64,000 nucleotides of DNA from Bryobacterales bacterium. Lineage in GTDB: Bacteria; Acidobacteriota; Terriglobia; Bryobacterales; UBA6623. The notes beneath the pieces are model-generated. The model made no database searches. It had not been told where the DNA came from and saw only the letters and a list, made by a program, of their open reading frames with translations. Of the stretch, positions 24,847 through 34,147 are shown piece after piece. A program made the position numbers and the translations under genes. Where the stretch lies: contig OZ252029.1 of the NCBI GenBank assembly GCA_965247515.1, positions 6,543,391-6,607,390 on the forward strand, read 5' to 3'. Every line of letters starts with the position of its first letter. The first letter of the stretch is position 1.

Positions 24847-26235
24847 TAGGTAACACAATTCCCCGATCACATGGGTAACACATTGGCATCCTAGAACAAA
24901 AGGAGGACTTTTGTTTTGGGATGGAAGGAGACCCGTGTGCAAGACGAAAGATTGCGATTCGTTCAAGAGGTTCTAACCCGGGAGGATGCCATGGCCGCCG
25001 TCTGTCGGCGCTTCGGCGTCAGCCGCAAGACCGGCTACAAATGGCTCGATCGCTACGCCCAACAAGGCGTCGCCGGATTGGCCGATCAATCCAAAGCGCC
25101 CAAACGGCAAGCGCAAGCCTTTCCCGCCGAGATCGAGCGAGAGATCCTGGCCTTGCGGGCGCGCTATCCCACTTGGGGCAAAGACAAGCTCAAAGCGCGA
25201 CTCGAGCGCACCAACCCTGACATCAATTGGCCGGCGCACTCCACTATCGGGGCGCTGCTGAAACGCCACGGACTCACCCACCCCGGTAAGCGCCGGCGCC
25301 ACGCCACGCCTTCCAGTAAGCTCACCAGCGCCAAGGCGCCCAACCAAGTTTGGGCGATCGATTTCAAGGGTTGGTTCGACACCGGCGACGGCAAACGCTG
25401 CGATCCGCTGACGATTTCCGATACGGCGAGCCGCTATCTGTTGCGTTGTCAAAGGGTCGCGCGCAGCGACACGGCGCACGTGCGGCCGCTGATGGAAGCG
25501 ACTTTCCGGGAGTACGGCCTGCCCACGAGGATCCTTTCCGATAACGGTCCGCCGTTCGCCTCGACGGGCTTGGCGGGGCTTTCGCGGCTCAGCGTGTGGT
25601 GGATCCGGCTCGGGATTCAACTGCAGCGAATCGACCTCGGACACCCTGAGCAAAACGGGCGTCATGAGCGCATGCATCGGACGCTCAAGGCCGAGACGGC
25701 GACGCCGCCGGAGCGCAACTTGCGAGCGCAACAGCGGGCGTTCGATCGTTTTCGGCAGATCTACAACCAGGAGCGTCCGCACGAGTCGCTAGCGATGGCA
25801 ACGCCGGCGAGCGTGTATCAGCCGTCGTGGAGGCCGTATCCGGAGCGCTTGCCGGAGCTGGAGTATCCGGATCGGATGCTGCCGCGGCGAGTGCAGAGCA
25901 AGGGCGACATTGGGTTGCTGGGGCGTCAGTTGTTTCTCAGCGAGACCTTGGCGGGCGAGACGGTGGGCCTGGAAGAGCATGAGCACGGCTGGGCGGTCTG
26001 GTTTGGGCCGCTGGAGCTGGACTGGCTCGAGCGTAGCCTATTCGAGGGCCCGCGGCCGGGCAGGGGGGAGCACCGACTGCGGCGGAAACGCTCGGGGGGC
26101 GCCTCCTCCGCTCGCCCTACGGGCTCGCTCCCCCGGCGCCCCCCGAGCGTTTCCGGGAAGGATTTCGTGCAAAGAACCTTCTCTTGGTTCAACCCTTAAA
26201 CTGTTACCTATGTGGTTGGGGAAAAGTGTTACCTA
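24847..26235 (+). mobile_element. IS481-family insertion sequence (~1.39 kb) with ~38-bp imperfect terminal inverted repeats
   Basis: Left end TAGGTAACACAATTCCCCGATCACATGGGTAACACATT. Reverse complement of right end TAGGTAACACTTTTCCCCAACCACATAGGTAACAGTTT (about 31/38 matches). Each end carries two GGTAACA boxes. No clear target-site duplication was seen. Confidence 0.75.
24916..26199 (+). CDS. IS481-family DDE transposase (HTH + rve integrase core)
   Basis: RFGVSRKTGYKWLDRY (HTH), WAIDFKG (D), ILSDNGPPF (D), HPEQNGRHERMHRTLK (E). Confidence 0.85.
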   Translation: MGWKETRVQDERLRFVQEVLTREDAMAAVCRRFGVSRKTGYKWLDRYAQQGVAGLADQSKAPKRQAQAFPAEIEREILALRARYPTWGKDKLKARLERTNPDINWPAHSTIGALLKRHGLTHPGKRRRHATPSSKLTSAKAPNQVWAIDFKGWFDTGDGKRCDPLTISDTASRYLLRCQRVARSDTAHVRPLMEATFREYGLPTRILSDNGPPFASTGLAGLSRLSVWWIRLGIQLQRIDLGHPEQNGRHERMHRTLKAETATPPERNLRAQQRAFDRFRQIYNQERPHESLAMATPASVYQPSWRPYPERLPELEYPDRMLPRRVQSKGDIGLLGRQLFLSETLAGETVGLEEHEHGWAVWFGPLELDWLERSLFEGPRPGRGEHRLRRKRSGGASSARPTGSLPRRPPSVSGKDFVQRTFSWFNP

Positions 26236-26628
26236 GGTGGGGCTGTTCAGATTGTTCGGCCAAGCGCCGCCGGCAGTCACAAATTTGTCGCGCACCCCGA
26301 CGAGGACCTCTCTCAGGTCGCTGATCGCCAGATTGCAAAGTCTTGGCGTTTTGGCTCCAGTTCGACTTGCCGGCGGGACGATCCGCGGAGATGTGACCTC
26401 ACTAGACGATCGCTACTCGAGAGCGGCGTATTTCAGCAATCCGCGGGGTGGCCCATGAAAATAATTCACGATGACTCAACCACCGCTTGAAACTGCCCAG
26501 AGCGCCTTGAATAGGGTCTGAGAGCGTTCTAGGCACGGTTTTGGGAGGCGCTGAGCGGAGAGTGTATTCGATTGTTTGTTGTCACTACATAGCCGAGTCA
26601 AGGCCCTGAGCGCTAAAATCGACGCATC

Positions 26629-29316
26629 TTGGTTGGGCAGACAATCAGCCATTACAAGGTCCTCGACAAGCTGGGCCAGGGCGGCATGGGAGTCGTCTAC
26701 CGGGCCCAGGACACCAAGCTCGATCGAACCGTCGCGCTGAAGTTCCTGCCAGCGCATCTACTCGGCGACGAGGACATCCGCAAGCGCTTCGAACGTGAGG
26801 CGAAAGCGGCCGCTTCTCTCCACCATCCGAACATCTGTCCGGTCTACGAGATTGACGATGTTGACGAGAAGGCATTCATCGCGATGGCCTTCATCGAGGG
26901 CGAGTCGCTCGACAAGAAGATCGAGCAAGGACCGCTGAAGCTCGATCAAGCTCTTGCGATCGCTCAGCAGGTTGCACAGGGCCTGGAAGCCGCCCACGAA
27001 AAGGGGATACATCACCGCGACATCAAGCCGGAAAACTTGATGGTTGACGCCAAGGGCCACGTCACGATCATGGACTTTGGGTTGGCGCAGTTGACTGAGG
27101 CCTCGCGGCTCACGCGCACTGACGAGACGCTCGGGACGACCTCCTACATGTCACCCGAGCAGACGGAAGGATCAGGGACCGATCACCGCACCGACATCTG
27201 GGCCCTCGGCGTCGTGCTCTACGAAATGATCGTCGGCGACCAGCCCTTCAAAGGCGACTACGACAAGGCGATCATGTACTCCATCCTCAACGAGGAGCCT
27301 GAACCGATCACGGCCTTGCGGACTGGCGTCCCGATGGAGCTGGAGGTTGGCGTTGGAAAGTGCCTGGAAAAGGAGCCCCAGCGTCGCTACCAGAATACAG
27401 CCGACTTGGTCGTCGACCTGGAGAACATCGGGCGGCGCTTCCAGTCTGGGCGCTCTACGGTGGCGCGCGTAGCTTCGCTGTCGGATCGTCCCACGGCGCC
27501 GTCGTCGTCTCCTCCTCGGGCCTCATCCCGCGAACAGTGGGCGTGGGCGATAGCCGCGATTTGCTTGATCGGCTTCGTCGGTTCGCTGACGTTCTCCGGT
27601 AGAGGCTCCGTTTCGGCGCCGGAGGGCGATTCGGCGATTCGGCGTTTTTCGTTTACCCCGGATTCGCTCGTGACCTTCGGCAATCGCGTTGGAATCTCGC
27701 CGAACGGTCGGCACATCGTCTATGCAGTGGAACGGGGCGGCGTGACAAAGCTCGAGGTTCGCGACCTGAACAGCGAGCAGCCGCGCGAACTGGCGGGGAC
27801 CGACGGCGCACAGCGGCCTTTCTGGTCGCCTGACAGCCGGATGATCGGGTTTGCGTCGGACGGCGAGCTGAAAAAGATTCCTGTGTCCGGCGGAGAGGCT
27901 GCAACGATTTGCCCGCTGCCGAGTCCAATTTTTCGGGGCGGCGCCTGGAGTCCTGGCGGACGAGAGATTGTTTTCAGCTCAGGCGACAGTGCGCCGACGG
28001 TTCTTTATCAGGTTCCCGCGCTCGGGGGCCGCCCCGAGCCGCTGCCCGGCCTGGATCAGACGCTCCCAAAAGTGAATCCGCACTTTCTCCCGCTGGAGTT
28101 CGGACGCGCGATCCTTTACGAACATACGCCGGGCCGCGGCGCTCGCGTCCACCTCTTCAATATCGAAACAGCCGAAGAGGCCGTCGTAGGCGAAGGGGGG
28201 CGGCCTGTTTACCATGCGAGCGGCCATGTCCTCTCCGAAATCGGAAATCCCGCTGAGGTCTGGGCCCAGCCGATCTCGGTTGAAGAGATGAAGCCGACAG
28301 GCCAGGCGTTCCCGGTCGTGCGGAATGCGGGCGAACCAAGCGTCTCGGCGGATGGTGTTCTAACCTTCGTACACGACTTTCCGTTTAACAACGCCCAGAT
28401 CGTGTGGCGAGATCGCCAGGGGCGCCGGCTGGGCGTCGTAGGCAGCCCCCGACGAGGCCTTAACATGCTGGCGCTGGGGCCGAACGACCGACAGGCGGCC
28501 TTCGTCGCCGTGGATGCGAACAACGCTGACATTTGGGTTCACGACATTGCACGCTCCATCGACACGCGCGTTACTTTCTCCCCTGCGGCGGACTTGCACC
28601 CTGCCTGGTCTAAGTCAGGTCGAGAGATCGTGTTTGACTCATCACGCAATGGGAGATCCGCCATCTATCGGCGGAGCGTGAGCGCGACCGCCGAGGCTGT
28701 TCCCGTCGGGTCGTCTTTGTCTTATGCGCTAGCGCCGGACTGGTCCCCGAACGGCGAGCATGTGCTTCTCCACGAGCGTGCTGCCGGCACGATGGACGAC
28801 ATCTGGATGGCCTCGTTGAAACCCGACGGCGAATGGGAGAGCAGAGTATTTCTCCAGACACCGTTCCGAGAGCAGACCGCCAAGTTCTCGCCGGACGGCC
28901 GGTACATCGCGTATCTTTCCGACGAATCGGGACGCATGGAGCTCTGGGTCAGGCCGTTTCCGAACGGCGAAGAGAAATGGCGCATCTCTGGGAACGGGGC
29001 ATCTCAGCCGCGTTGGCGAAAGGATGGAAAGGAGATTTTGTATGTGGAGCCGGGCGGCGTCTTGTTCGGTGTCGAGGTGACGACCGAGCCGACCTTCTCA
29101 GCGGGCAGCCCGGTCAGACTCTTCCAGGACAATCGATTGATCCAAACCTCGAACAACCCGAGGTATGACGTCACTGCTGATGGGCAGCGGATCATCATGT
29201 TCGAGCGGGTCGAAGAGGAAGGCGAGCGTCCGCCGGCCTCAATTCACATCGTAGAGAACTGGTACGAGGAGTTTCGGGACCGCGAACCTAACCCTCAATA
29301 CAGCAATGGCTTATGA
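26629..29316 (+). CDS. Ser/Thr protein kinase fused to a TolB/PD40-type beta-propeller (intact paralogue)
   Basis: TTG start. ISHYKVLDKLGQGGMGVVYRAQD...VALKFL...HRDIKPENLMV...DFGLA...TSYMSPEQ, a TM segment, then repeated PD40-like blades (FSPDGRYIAYLSDESGRMELWV...). Confidence 0.9.
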   Translation: MVGQTISHYKVLDKLGQGGMGVVYRAQDTKLDRTVALKFLPAHLLGDEDIRKRFEREAKAAASLHHPNICPVYEIDDVDEKAFIAMAFIEGESLDKKIEQGPLKLDQALAIAQQVAQGLEAAHEKGIHHRDIKPENLMVDAKGHVTIMDFGLAQLTEASRLTRTDETLGTTSYMSPEQTEGSGTDHRTDIWALGVVLYEMIVGDQPFKGDYDKAIMYSILNEEPEPITALRTGVPMELEVGVGKCLEKEPQRRYQNTADLVVDLENIGRRFQSGRSTVARVASLSDRPTAPSSSPPRASSREQWAWAIAAICLIGFVGSLTFSGRGSVSAPEGDSAIRRFSFTPDSLVTFGNRVGISPNGRHIVYAVERGGVTKLEVRDLNSEQPRELAGTDGAQRPFWSPDSRMIGFASDGELKKIPVSGGEAATICPLPSPIFRGGAWSPGGREIVFSSGDSAPTVLYQVPALGGRPEPLPGLDQTLPKVNPHFLPLEFGRAILYEHTPGRGARVHLFNIETAEEAVVGEGGRPVYHASGHVLSEIGNPAEVWAQPISVEEMKPTGQAFPVVRNAGEPSVSADGVLTFVHDFPFNNAQIVWRDRQGRRLGVVGSPRRGLNMLALGPNDRQAAFVAVDANNADIWVHDIARSIDTRVTFSPAADLHPAWSKSGREIVFDSSRNGRSAIYRRSVSATAEAVPVGSSLSYALAPDWSPNGEHVLLHERAAGTMDDIWMASLKPDGEWESRVFLQTPFREQTAKFSPDGRYIAYLSDESGRMELWVRPFPNGEEKWRISGNGASQPRWRKDGKEILYVEPGGVLFGVEVTTEPTFSAGSPVRLFQDNRLIQTSNNPRYDVTADGQRIIMFERVEEEGERPPASIHIVENWYEEFRDREPNPQYSNGL

Positions 29317-29538
29317 GTGATTCGGGCCGAACCTGTCGGGAAATCTCAATCGCATAAACGGTCCCGGCTAACCGCGCTCGGGGGTACAATCTGACCGAAC
29401 CCGTCACACGGGCCGCGGATCATGGTCGTCTCCCGCATCAGCCGCTACCAGGTAGTCGAGAAGCTCGGCTGCAAGGACATGAGCGAGGCCAAGCAGCCCC
29501 AAGAAACGCAGTCGCAGCGGCCGCGGTTTACAGATCAT

Positions 29539-29990
29539 GTGAGACCCTGGCCCGCTTCCCGGAGGCGATTCCTAGGAGCCCGGCGCAGGCGGCGCCTGGC
29601 TGAGCGGGTGCGGCCTGGGCGTTTTTGCGGAGCTCAGCCCGGCCAACGCGGCCGAGGCCGAAGTCACCCCCGACCTCGTCCAACTCCGTCCCGAGATCGA
29701 ACCGCTGGTTCGGATGCTCGACGAATCGTCCAGAGAAGAAGTCGTCGAGCTGGTCGTGCGGCAACTGCAACAAGGCGTACCGTATCGCGGCGCGCACGCT
29801 GCTCTCGGTCAAGGCGACGGTCAACGCTCATGACTACAAGTTCTCGATTGCGATATTGGAGGATTTGAACTGGGTGAGCCCCGCCTGGCGGCCCCATTTG
29901 CAGGCGGCTTTGGTGCACTACCTGCCGGGGGCCGAACAAGAGAACGCCCCGGCGATCGAACGGGCCAAGCGGGCGCTCAGGCGCGGGTAG
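29539..29990 (+). pseudogene. Decayed gene with a Tat signal peptide, at least two frameshifts, and truncation
   Basis: GTG 29539 gives VRPWPASRRRFLGA. It continues in another frame as GAGGAWLSGCGLGVFAELSPANAAEAEVTPDLVQLRPEIEPLVRMLDESSREEVVELVVRQLQQGVPYR, then in a third frame as ...VNAHDYKFSIAILEDLNWVSPAWRPHLQAALVHYLPG...*. Family not recognised. Confidence 0.4.
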
Positions 29991-30023
29991 CGGCGCTATC
30001 TTTTGCGGAACCCGCCGGGACCG

Positions 30024-30134
30024 CAAGGGAGTGCCCCATGGGCCTGACTGCCCACCCAAAGCGATGAAAACGGTCGCCCCGGAGCCGCGACCGTGAGGGA
30101 GCGGTTGTCGCAGCCGGGGACAACCGCTTGCTCA
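30024..30134. repeat. Left part of composite repeat D (REP family C type), interrupted by the IS1182 copy
   Basis: GCAAGGGAGT...GATGAAAACGGTCGCCCCGGAGCCGCGACCGTGAGGGAGCGGTTGTCGCA...CAACCGCTTGCTCA aligns with 50440-50548. Confidence 0.65.
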
Positions 30135-32030
30135 GGGGCCGTGAAGAAAACCTATTGTCGCGTCGGCGCGCGGGAGCGCCAAGCGCACGCCAAGCTCAGC
30201 GCTGCCGAACGCCGCCCCTGCCGAAACCGCAACTTCTGCGCCTCGACTCCTGATTGACCGCCTGAGCGGCCCGGAAACGGTCGTTTCGGGCCGTTTCCCG
30301 GCCCTTTTCGCCCCCCCCACCGCCGCTACGCCGCCGCTTGCGCCGCCAGCCCGCACTCGGGCCCACGACGCCAGACCAGCCGGATCCAAGCCGCAATGTT
30401 GTACGCCAAAACCCCCCACAAAAGCTCCGATCGCGCCTTCCGCAGCCCTCGTACTCGAAACTTGCGCACCCCCAATCGCTCTTTCAACCAGGCGTTCGGA
30501 AACTCCGCCGTCTCGGACCGCTTGCGATACGCCGCCCGCCCACGCTCGCTCTCCATCCAGCGCCGATGTTTCGCCATCACCGCGTTCTCTTCGCTGCGGC
30601 TCAACGTTCGATGACCGCTCTTGGGGCAGCACTTGTGCCGCTGTGCGCATTCGCGACAATCAGATGCTTTTGCCTGATACTGCCGATATTTGCGCTTCCG
30701 CTTCAGCGACGATCGCTGATACGTCAAGGTCCGCTGGGCCGGACACAGAAACGTGTCCGTCGCCTCGTCGTAGATGAAAAACTTCGGCGCGTAGCGCGGC
30801 CCAATTCCCGCCGCCTTCAACGCCGCCTTCGAGCCCTTGTCCGGCGCCGGCGCCGGCGTCGCGTATTCGATTTCAGCGGCTGCCAGCGCCTCGATGTTGG
30901 CCTGGTTGGCGTAGCCCCCGTCCGCTAACACTTGCTTCGGGGTTCGCTCGAAGCGCCCTTCCACATCGTCCAGCGTCGGGGTCAGCTGGCCCGCATCGGA
31001 GGCGTTGTTGGTCAACTCCACGCCGACCACGATCTTCTCTTTGGCGTCGGTCGCCAGCTGCGCGTTGTAGCCGAGTCCCCAACCGCCGTTGGATTCGTGT
31101 TGCGGGCGCGCTTCCGGCTCGCTCTCGCTCACCCGCGCCTGGCGTCGTTGCTCTTCGTCGCGCTTGCCCGCTTCGACCTTGGGCAGTTCCTCCAGCGCCT
31201 GCTCCATCCGCTCGACTCGCTCCCGCAAGGTCCGCTTACGCGCCGCCTGACGCCGCCGATTCGAACCTTCGTCGTCGGCTTCTTCCGAGAGTTGACGCAC
31301 CGCTTCGCGCGCTTGTTCGAGATGCCGCTCGAGCGTCGGACGCCTGCGTTGCGACCCGCCCGAGGCTTGCGCCCGGATCCGCGTGCCGTCGACGGCCACC
31401 TGCTCGAGATCCACCAGCCCCTCTTGACTCAGCAGCGCCAATACCTGTGTCAACAAGTTCTCGAGAGCTTTTGAGTGGAATACCCGAAAATCCGAAAGAG
31501 TGTGATGATTGACGACCGCCATGCCGCACAACCACTCCAACTCCGGCCGATAGCGGCTTTGACGCGCGATCTCACGCGCCGAGCTCATCCTTTCCGAATA
31601 CGCCCAGATCCAGATCGCGACCAGCAACCGCGGATCCCATGCCGGCCGCCCGGCGGACTCCTTGCGGGTTTCCAGATGAGCAGCGAAGCCGGACAGGTCG
31701 AGCATGCCGCTCAGCTCCCAGACGGCGCGCACCAGATGGTCGGCCGGCACGAGCCGTTCGACGTCGATCGCGGCATAGGTGAATTGGTCGCGATTGGGCT
31801 GTCGCAGCTGCAGTTGGTCAACGGGCACGGCTTGGCGCGGCTTGGCGGGGCGTTGCTCGAGCTCGACTAAGACCTGTTGTTCGCCCATATAATAAGGGCG
31901 TTGGACGCCGCCGCCAAGTTATCCGAACATTCGTTTGCCCTCATGTTTTATCCCATTTTGATCCACTCGCGCCATTCCGAACCGCCCCAGGGGAGCTTCG
32001 GCGGCCACGACGGGTTTATTTCACAGCCCC
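30135..32030 (-). mobile_element. IS1182-family insertion sequence (~1.9 kb)
   Basis: Terminal inverted repeats GGGGCCGTGAAGAAAACC (30135-30152) and GGGTTTATTTCACAGCCCC (32012-32030) enclose a single transposase gene. It splits a repeat that is intact at 50440-50632. Confidence 0.8.
30326..31888 (-). CDS. IS1182-family DDE transposase
   Basis: 520 aa. ...VPADHLVRAVWELSGMLDLS...GRPAWDPRLLVAIWIWAY...VAVDGTRIRA...VLADGGYAN...CRECAQRHKCC...ETAEFPNAWLKERLGVRKFRVRGL are layout and motifs typical of IS1182/IS5-like transposases. Confidence 0.85.
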   Translation of the reverse strand: MGEQQVLVELEQRPAKPRQAVPVDQLQLRQPNRDQFTYAAIDVERLVPADHLVRAVWELSGMLDLSGFAAHLETRKESAGRPAWDPRLLVAIWIWAYSERMSSAREIARQSRYRPELEWLCGMAVVNHHTLSDFRVFHSKALENLLTQVLALLSQEGLVDLEQVAVDGTRIRAQASGGSQRRRPTLERHLEQAREAVRQLSEEADDEGSNRRRQAARKRTLRERVERMEQALEELPKVEAGKRDEEQRRQARVSESEPEARPQHESNGGWGLGYNAQLATDAKEKIVVGVELTNNASDAGQLTPTLDDVEGRFERTPKQVLADGGYANQANIEALAAAEIEYATPAPAPDKGSKAALKAAGIGPRYAPKFFIYDEATDTFLCPAQRTLTYQRSSLKRKRKYRQYQAKASDCRECAQRHKCCPKSGHRTLSRSEENAVMAKHRRWMESERGRAAYRKRSETAEFPNAWLKERLGVRKFRVRGLRKARSELLWGVLAYNIAAWIRLVWRRGPECGLAAQAAA

Positions 32031-32120
32031 ATAGAGGGCGGCTCCGGGGCCGCGGCGCATTCCGCGGTGGTCGGCGGTCGGCAGTCAGCGGGTTTTCGAC
32101 AGAGCGGGTTCCGCAATCTG
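32031..32120. repeat. Right part of composite repeat D, displaced by the IS1182 insertion
   Basis: ...GCGGCTCCGGGGCCGCGGCGCATTCCGCGGTGGTCGGCGGTCGGCAGTCAGCGGGTTTTCGACAGAGCGGGTTCCGCAATC aligns with 50556-50632. Confidence 0.65.
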
Positions 32121-32146
32121 TTAGCTTCGCGAGAGAGAATGAGGCT

Positions 32147-33463
32147 GTGTCCGCCTTTCATGGGCCCTCCCTGCTGCTTATTGCGGCGGTGATGCCGACA
32201 GGTTTTCTAGCGGCCGACGACTGGCCCGAATGGCGGGGCGCTGGACGCGGCGGCGTCTGGAATGAAACCGGCGTGCTCGAGCGGTTCCCCGAAAAGGGCC
32301 TCGCCGTGCGCTGGAGGACTCCCCTCGGCTCTGGATACGCCGGACCAAGCGTAGCTGACGGGCGCGTGTTCGTGACCGATTTCCGATCGGATGGTGGAAC
32401 AAAGGGCCACGAGAATCTTGTCGCGCTTGACCAATCAACCGGGCGCCGGCTCTGGTCGCGTAGCTGGGCCGTCGACTACGCCCTAATCGATTACGCGTCG
32501 GGACCGCGGGCAACCCCTACGGTGGACGAGAATCGAGTGTATGTGTTGGGGGCGGCAGGAGACCTCGTCTGTTTGCAGACTAACGACGGAGCTGAGCTTT
32601 GGCGCTGCAACTTCCCGCGCGATCTCGGCGCCGAGCTCCCGCCTTGGGGCATGACGGCGGCTCCGCTGATCCACAATGACCTGGTGATCGCGGTCGCCGC
32701 CGGCCGTCCCGGCGCGAAGGTAGTTGCCTTTGACAAATTCTCCGGGAAAGAGGTCTGGCGGGCGCTCTCATCCGCGGAGTCGGGCCCTGGTTACTCTCAA
32801 CCCATGCTGGTCGAAATCGAACGACGGCCGACGCTGATCGTGTGGCATGCCGGAGCGCTTGTTGGTCTCAACCCTGAGAACGGGGAACTCCGGTGGGAGC
32901 AGCCGTTTCGCATCCGCATGGAGACTCCGATCGCTACCCCGCTGTGGAGCGAGCCGCATCTGATGGTGTCCTCTTTCTTCAACGGCTCGCGACTGTATAG
33001 GCTTACCGACAGTGGCGCGGAGTTAGCTTGGAAGGGATCGAGCGACAGTGGGATCTAGACCGATGGGCTCCACTCGTTGATGAACTCTCCGGCGATCGAC
33101 GGCGATTACGTCTACGGCATCTGCAGCTTCGGGCAACTCCGCTGCCTAAGGCTCTCGACCGGGGAACGAGTCTGGGAAACCCAAGCTGTCACACGTGAAA
33201 AGACTCGCAACGCATCGGCTTTCGTGGTTCGCAACGGTGATCGGTATTTCATCAACAATGATCGCGGCGAACTGATCATTGCACGCTTTAGTCGGGCCGG
33301 TTACGACGAGATCAGCCGCACTCAGCTGATCCGCCCGACCTCGAAGCCTGGCGCTCGCCGTGAGCTAGGGGCGGTCAACTGGTCGCACCCGGCGTATGCC
33401 GGCCGACACATCTTCGCGCGCAACGACGAGGAAATCATCTGCGCGTCGCTCGCGGCCGAGTGA
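32147..33463 (+). pseudogene. PQQ-like (BamB-like) beta-propeller repeat protein interrupted by an in-frame TAG at 33056-33058
   Basis: DDWPEWRGAGRGGVWNE...GYAGPSVADGRVFVTD...LVALDQSTGRRLWS...VLGAAGDLVCLQTNDGAELW... The two ORFs 31877-33058 and 33077-33463 share one frame, and homology continues across the stop (...WKGSSDSGI*TDGLHSLMNSPAIDGDYVYGICSFGQLRCLRLSTGERVWE). Start is inferred at GTG 32147. Confidence 0.75.
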
Positions 33464-33525
33464 GCCGGCCCGAAGCATGCTGGGGGAGTGACTGTTCGAT
33501 ACCATAAGAACCGAAGCGAGCTCTA

Positions 33526-34011
33526 GTGGCCCACCCGCGCAGATTCGTTCCCGCCTTGGTCATTTGCGTGATCGCCGCGGCCATCCTCTATGCCGGCTGG
33601 GCCACGCTGCGGGCGCCGGCGGATCTCTCTTGTAGCGTCTGTGGGAGGCCGGTTCACCTTGCCTCCCGTGTTGATGGCGTCGAGAACGGGAAGACCTTGA
33701 CGTTCTGTTGCGCCGCCTGCGCTTTGAGAAAGCAAGATCGGGAGAGTCTTCGTGTTACTCGCGTGTTCGACTACGAGTCCGGGACGGCGCTCGAGCCGGA
33801 GGCCGCGACTGCCGTGGTAGGCAGCAACGTCAATCTGTGCATGCGCGAGCATGTGCTGATGGACGCGCACAAAGAGGCAAGCGAGCTGCACTTTGACCGA
33901 TGCGCCCCCAGCGTTCTCACCTTTGCGAGCAGGGACGCCGCCGAGCGATTCCGCGACACGCAGGGGGGCGTCGTGGAGCGATTCACCGACTTGGAAGCCA
34001 CCTTGAAGTAG
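33526..34011 (+). CDS. Membrane-anchored putative metal-binding protein (TRASH/YHS-like Cys motif + NosL-like C-terminal part)
   Basis: N-terminal TM helix. CSVCGRPV...(about 22 aa)...FCCAACAL fits the C-x2-C...C-x3-C TRASH pattern. The C-terminal ...VLTFASRDAAERFRDTQGGVVERFTDL resembles NosL-type proteins. The call is tentative. Confidence 0.4.
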   Translation: MAHPRRFVPALVICVIAAAILYAGWATLRAPADLSCSVCGRPVHLASRVDGVENGKTLTFCCAACALRKQDRESLRVTRVFDYESGTALEPEAATAVVGSNVNLCMREHVLMDAHKEASELHFDRCAPSVLTFASRDAAERFRDTQGGVVERFTDLEATLK

Positions 34012-34147
34012 CAGATCTAGCTAAGTCTGCAACCTCGAACCGACGAGTCACGGTTCTGGTTGTGGCTGCGCAAGCGAGGCTCGTGTAGTGCGCCAAGCAG
34101 ATCGCAACTTATTTTCTCGCGCCTTATCCACGAGCCACGGCGGGGCG

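Noticed and set aside
26236-26628. Minus-strand fragment resembling a CadC-type winged-helix segment (…AISDLREVLVGVRDKFV…) possibly cut by the IS481 copy
   Set aside because: The similarity is limited to a few residues, several frames are needed, and no convincing continuation exists on the other side of the IS. The evidence is too weak to call.
33056-33058. In-frame TAG as programmed recoding (pyrrolysine or read-through)
   Set aside because: There are no pyl genes or recoding signals in the window, and the lineage is not known to use Pyl. A nonsense mutation or base-call error is far more likely.
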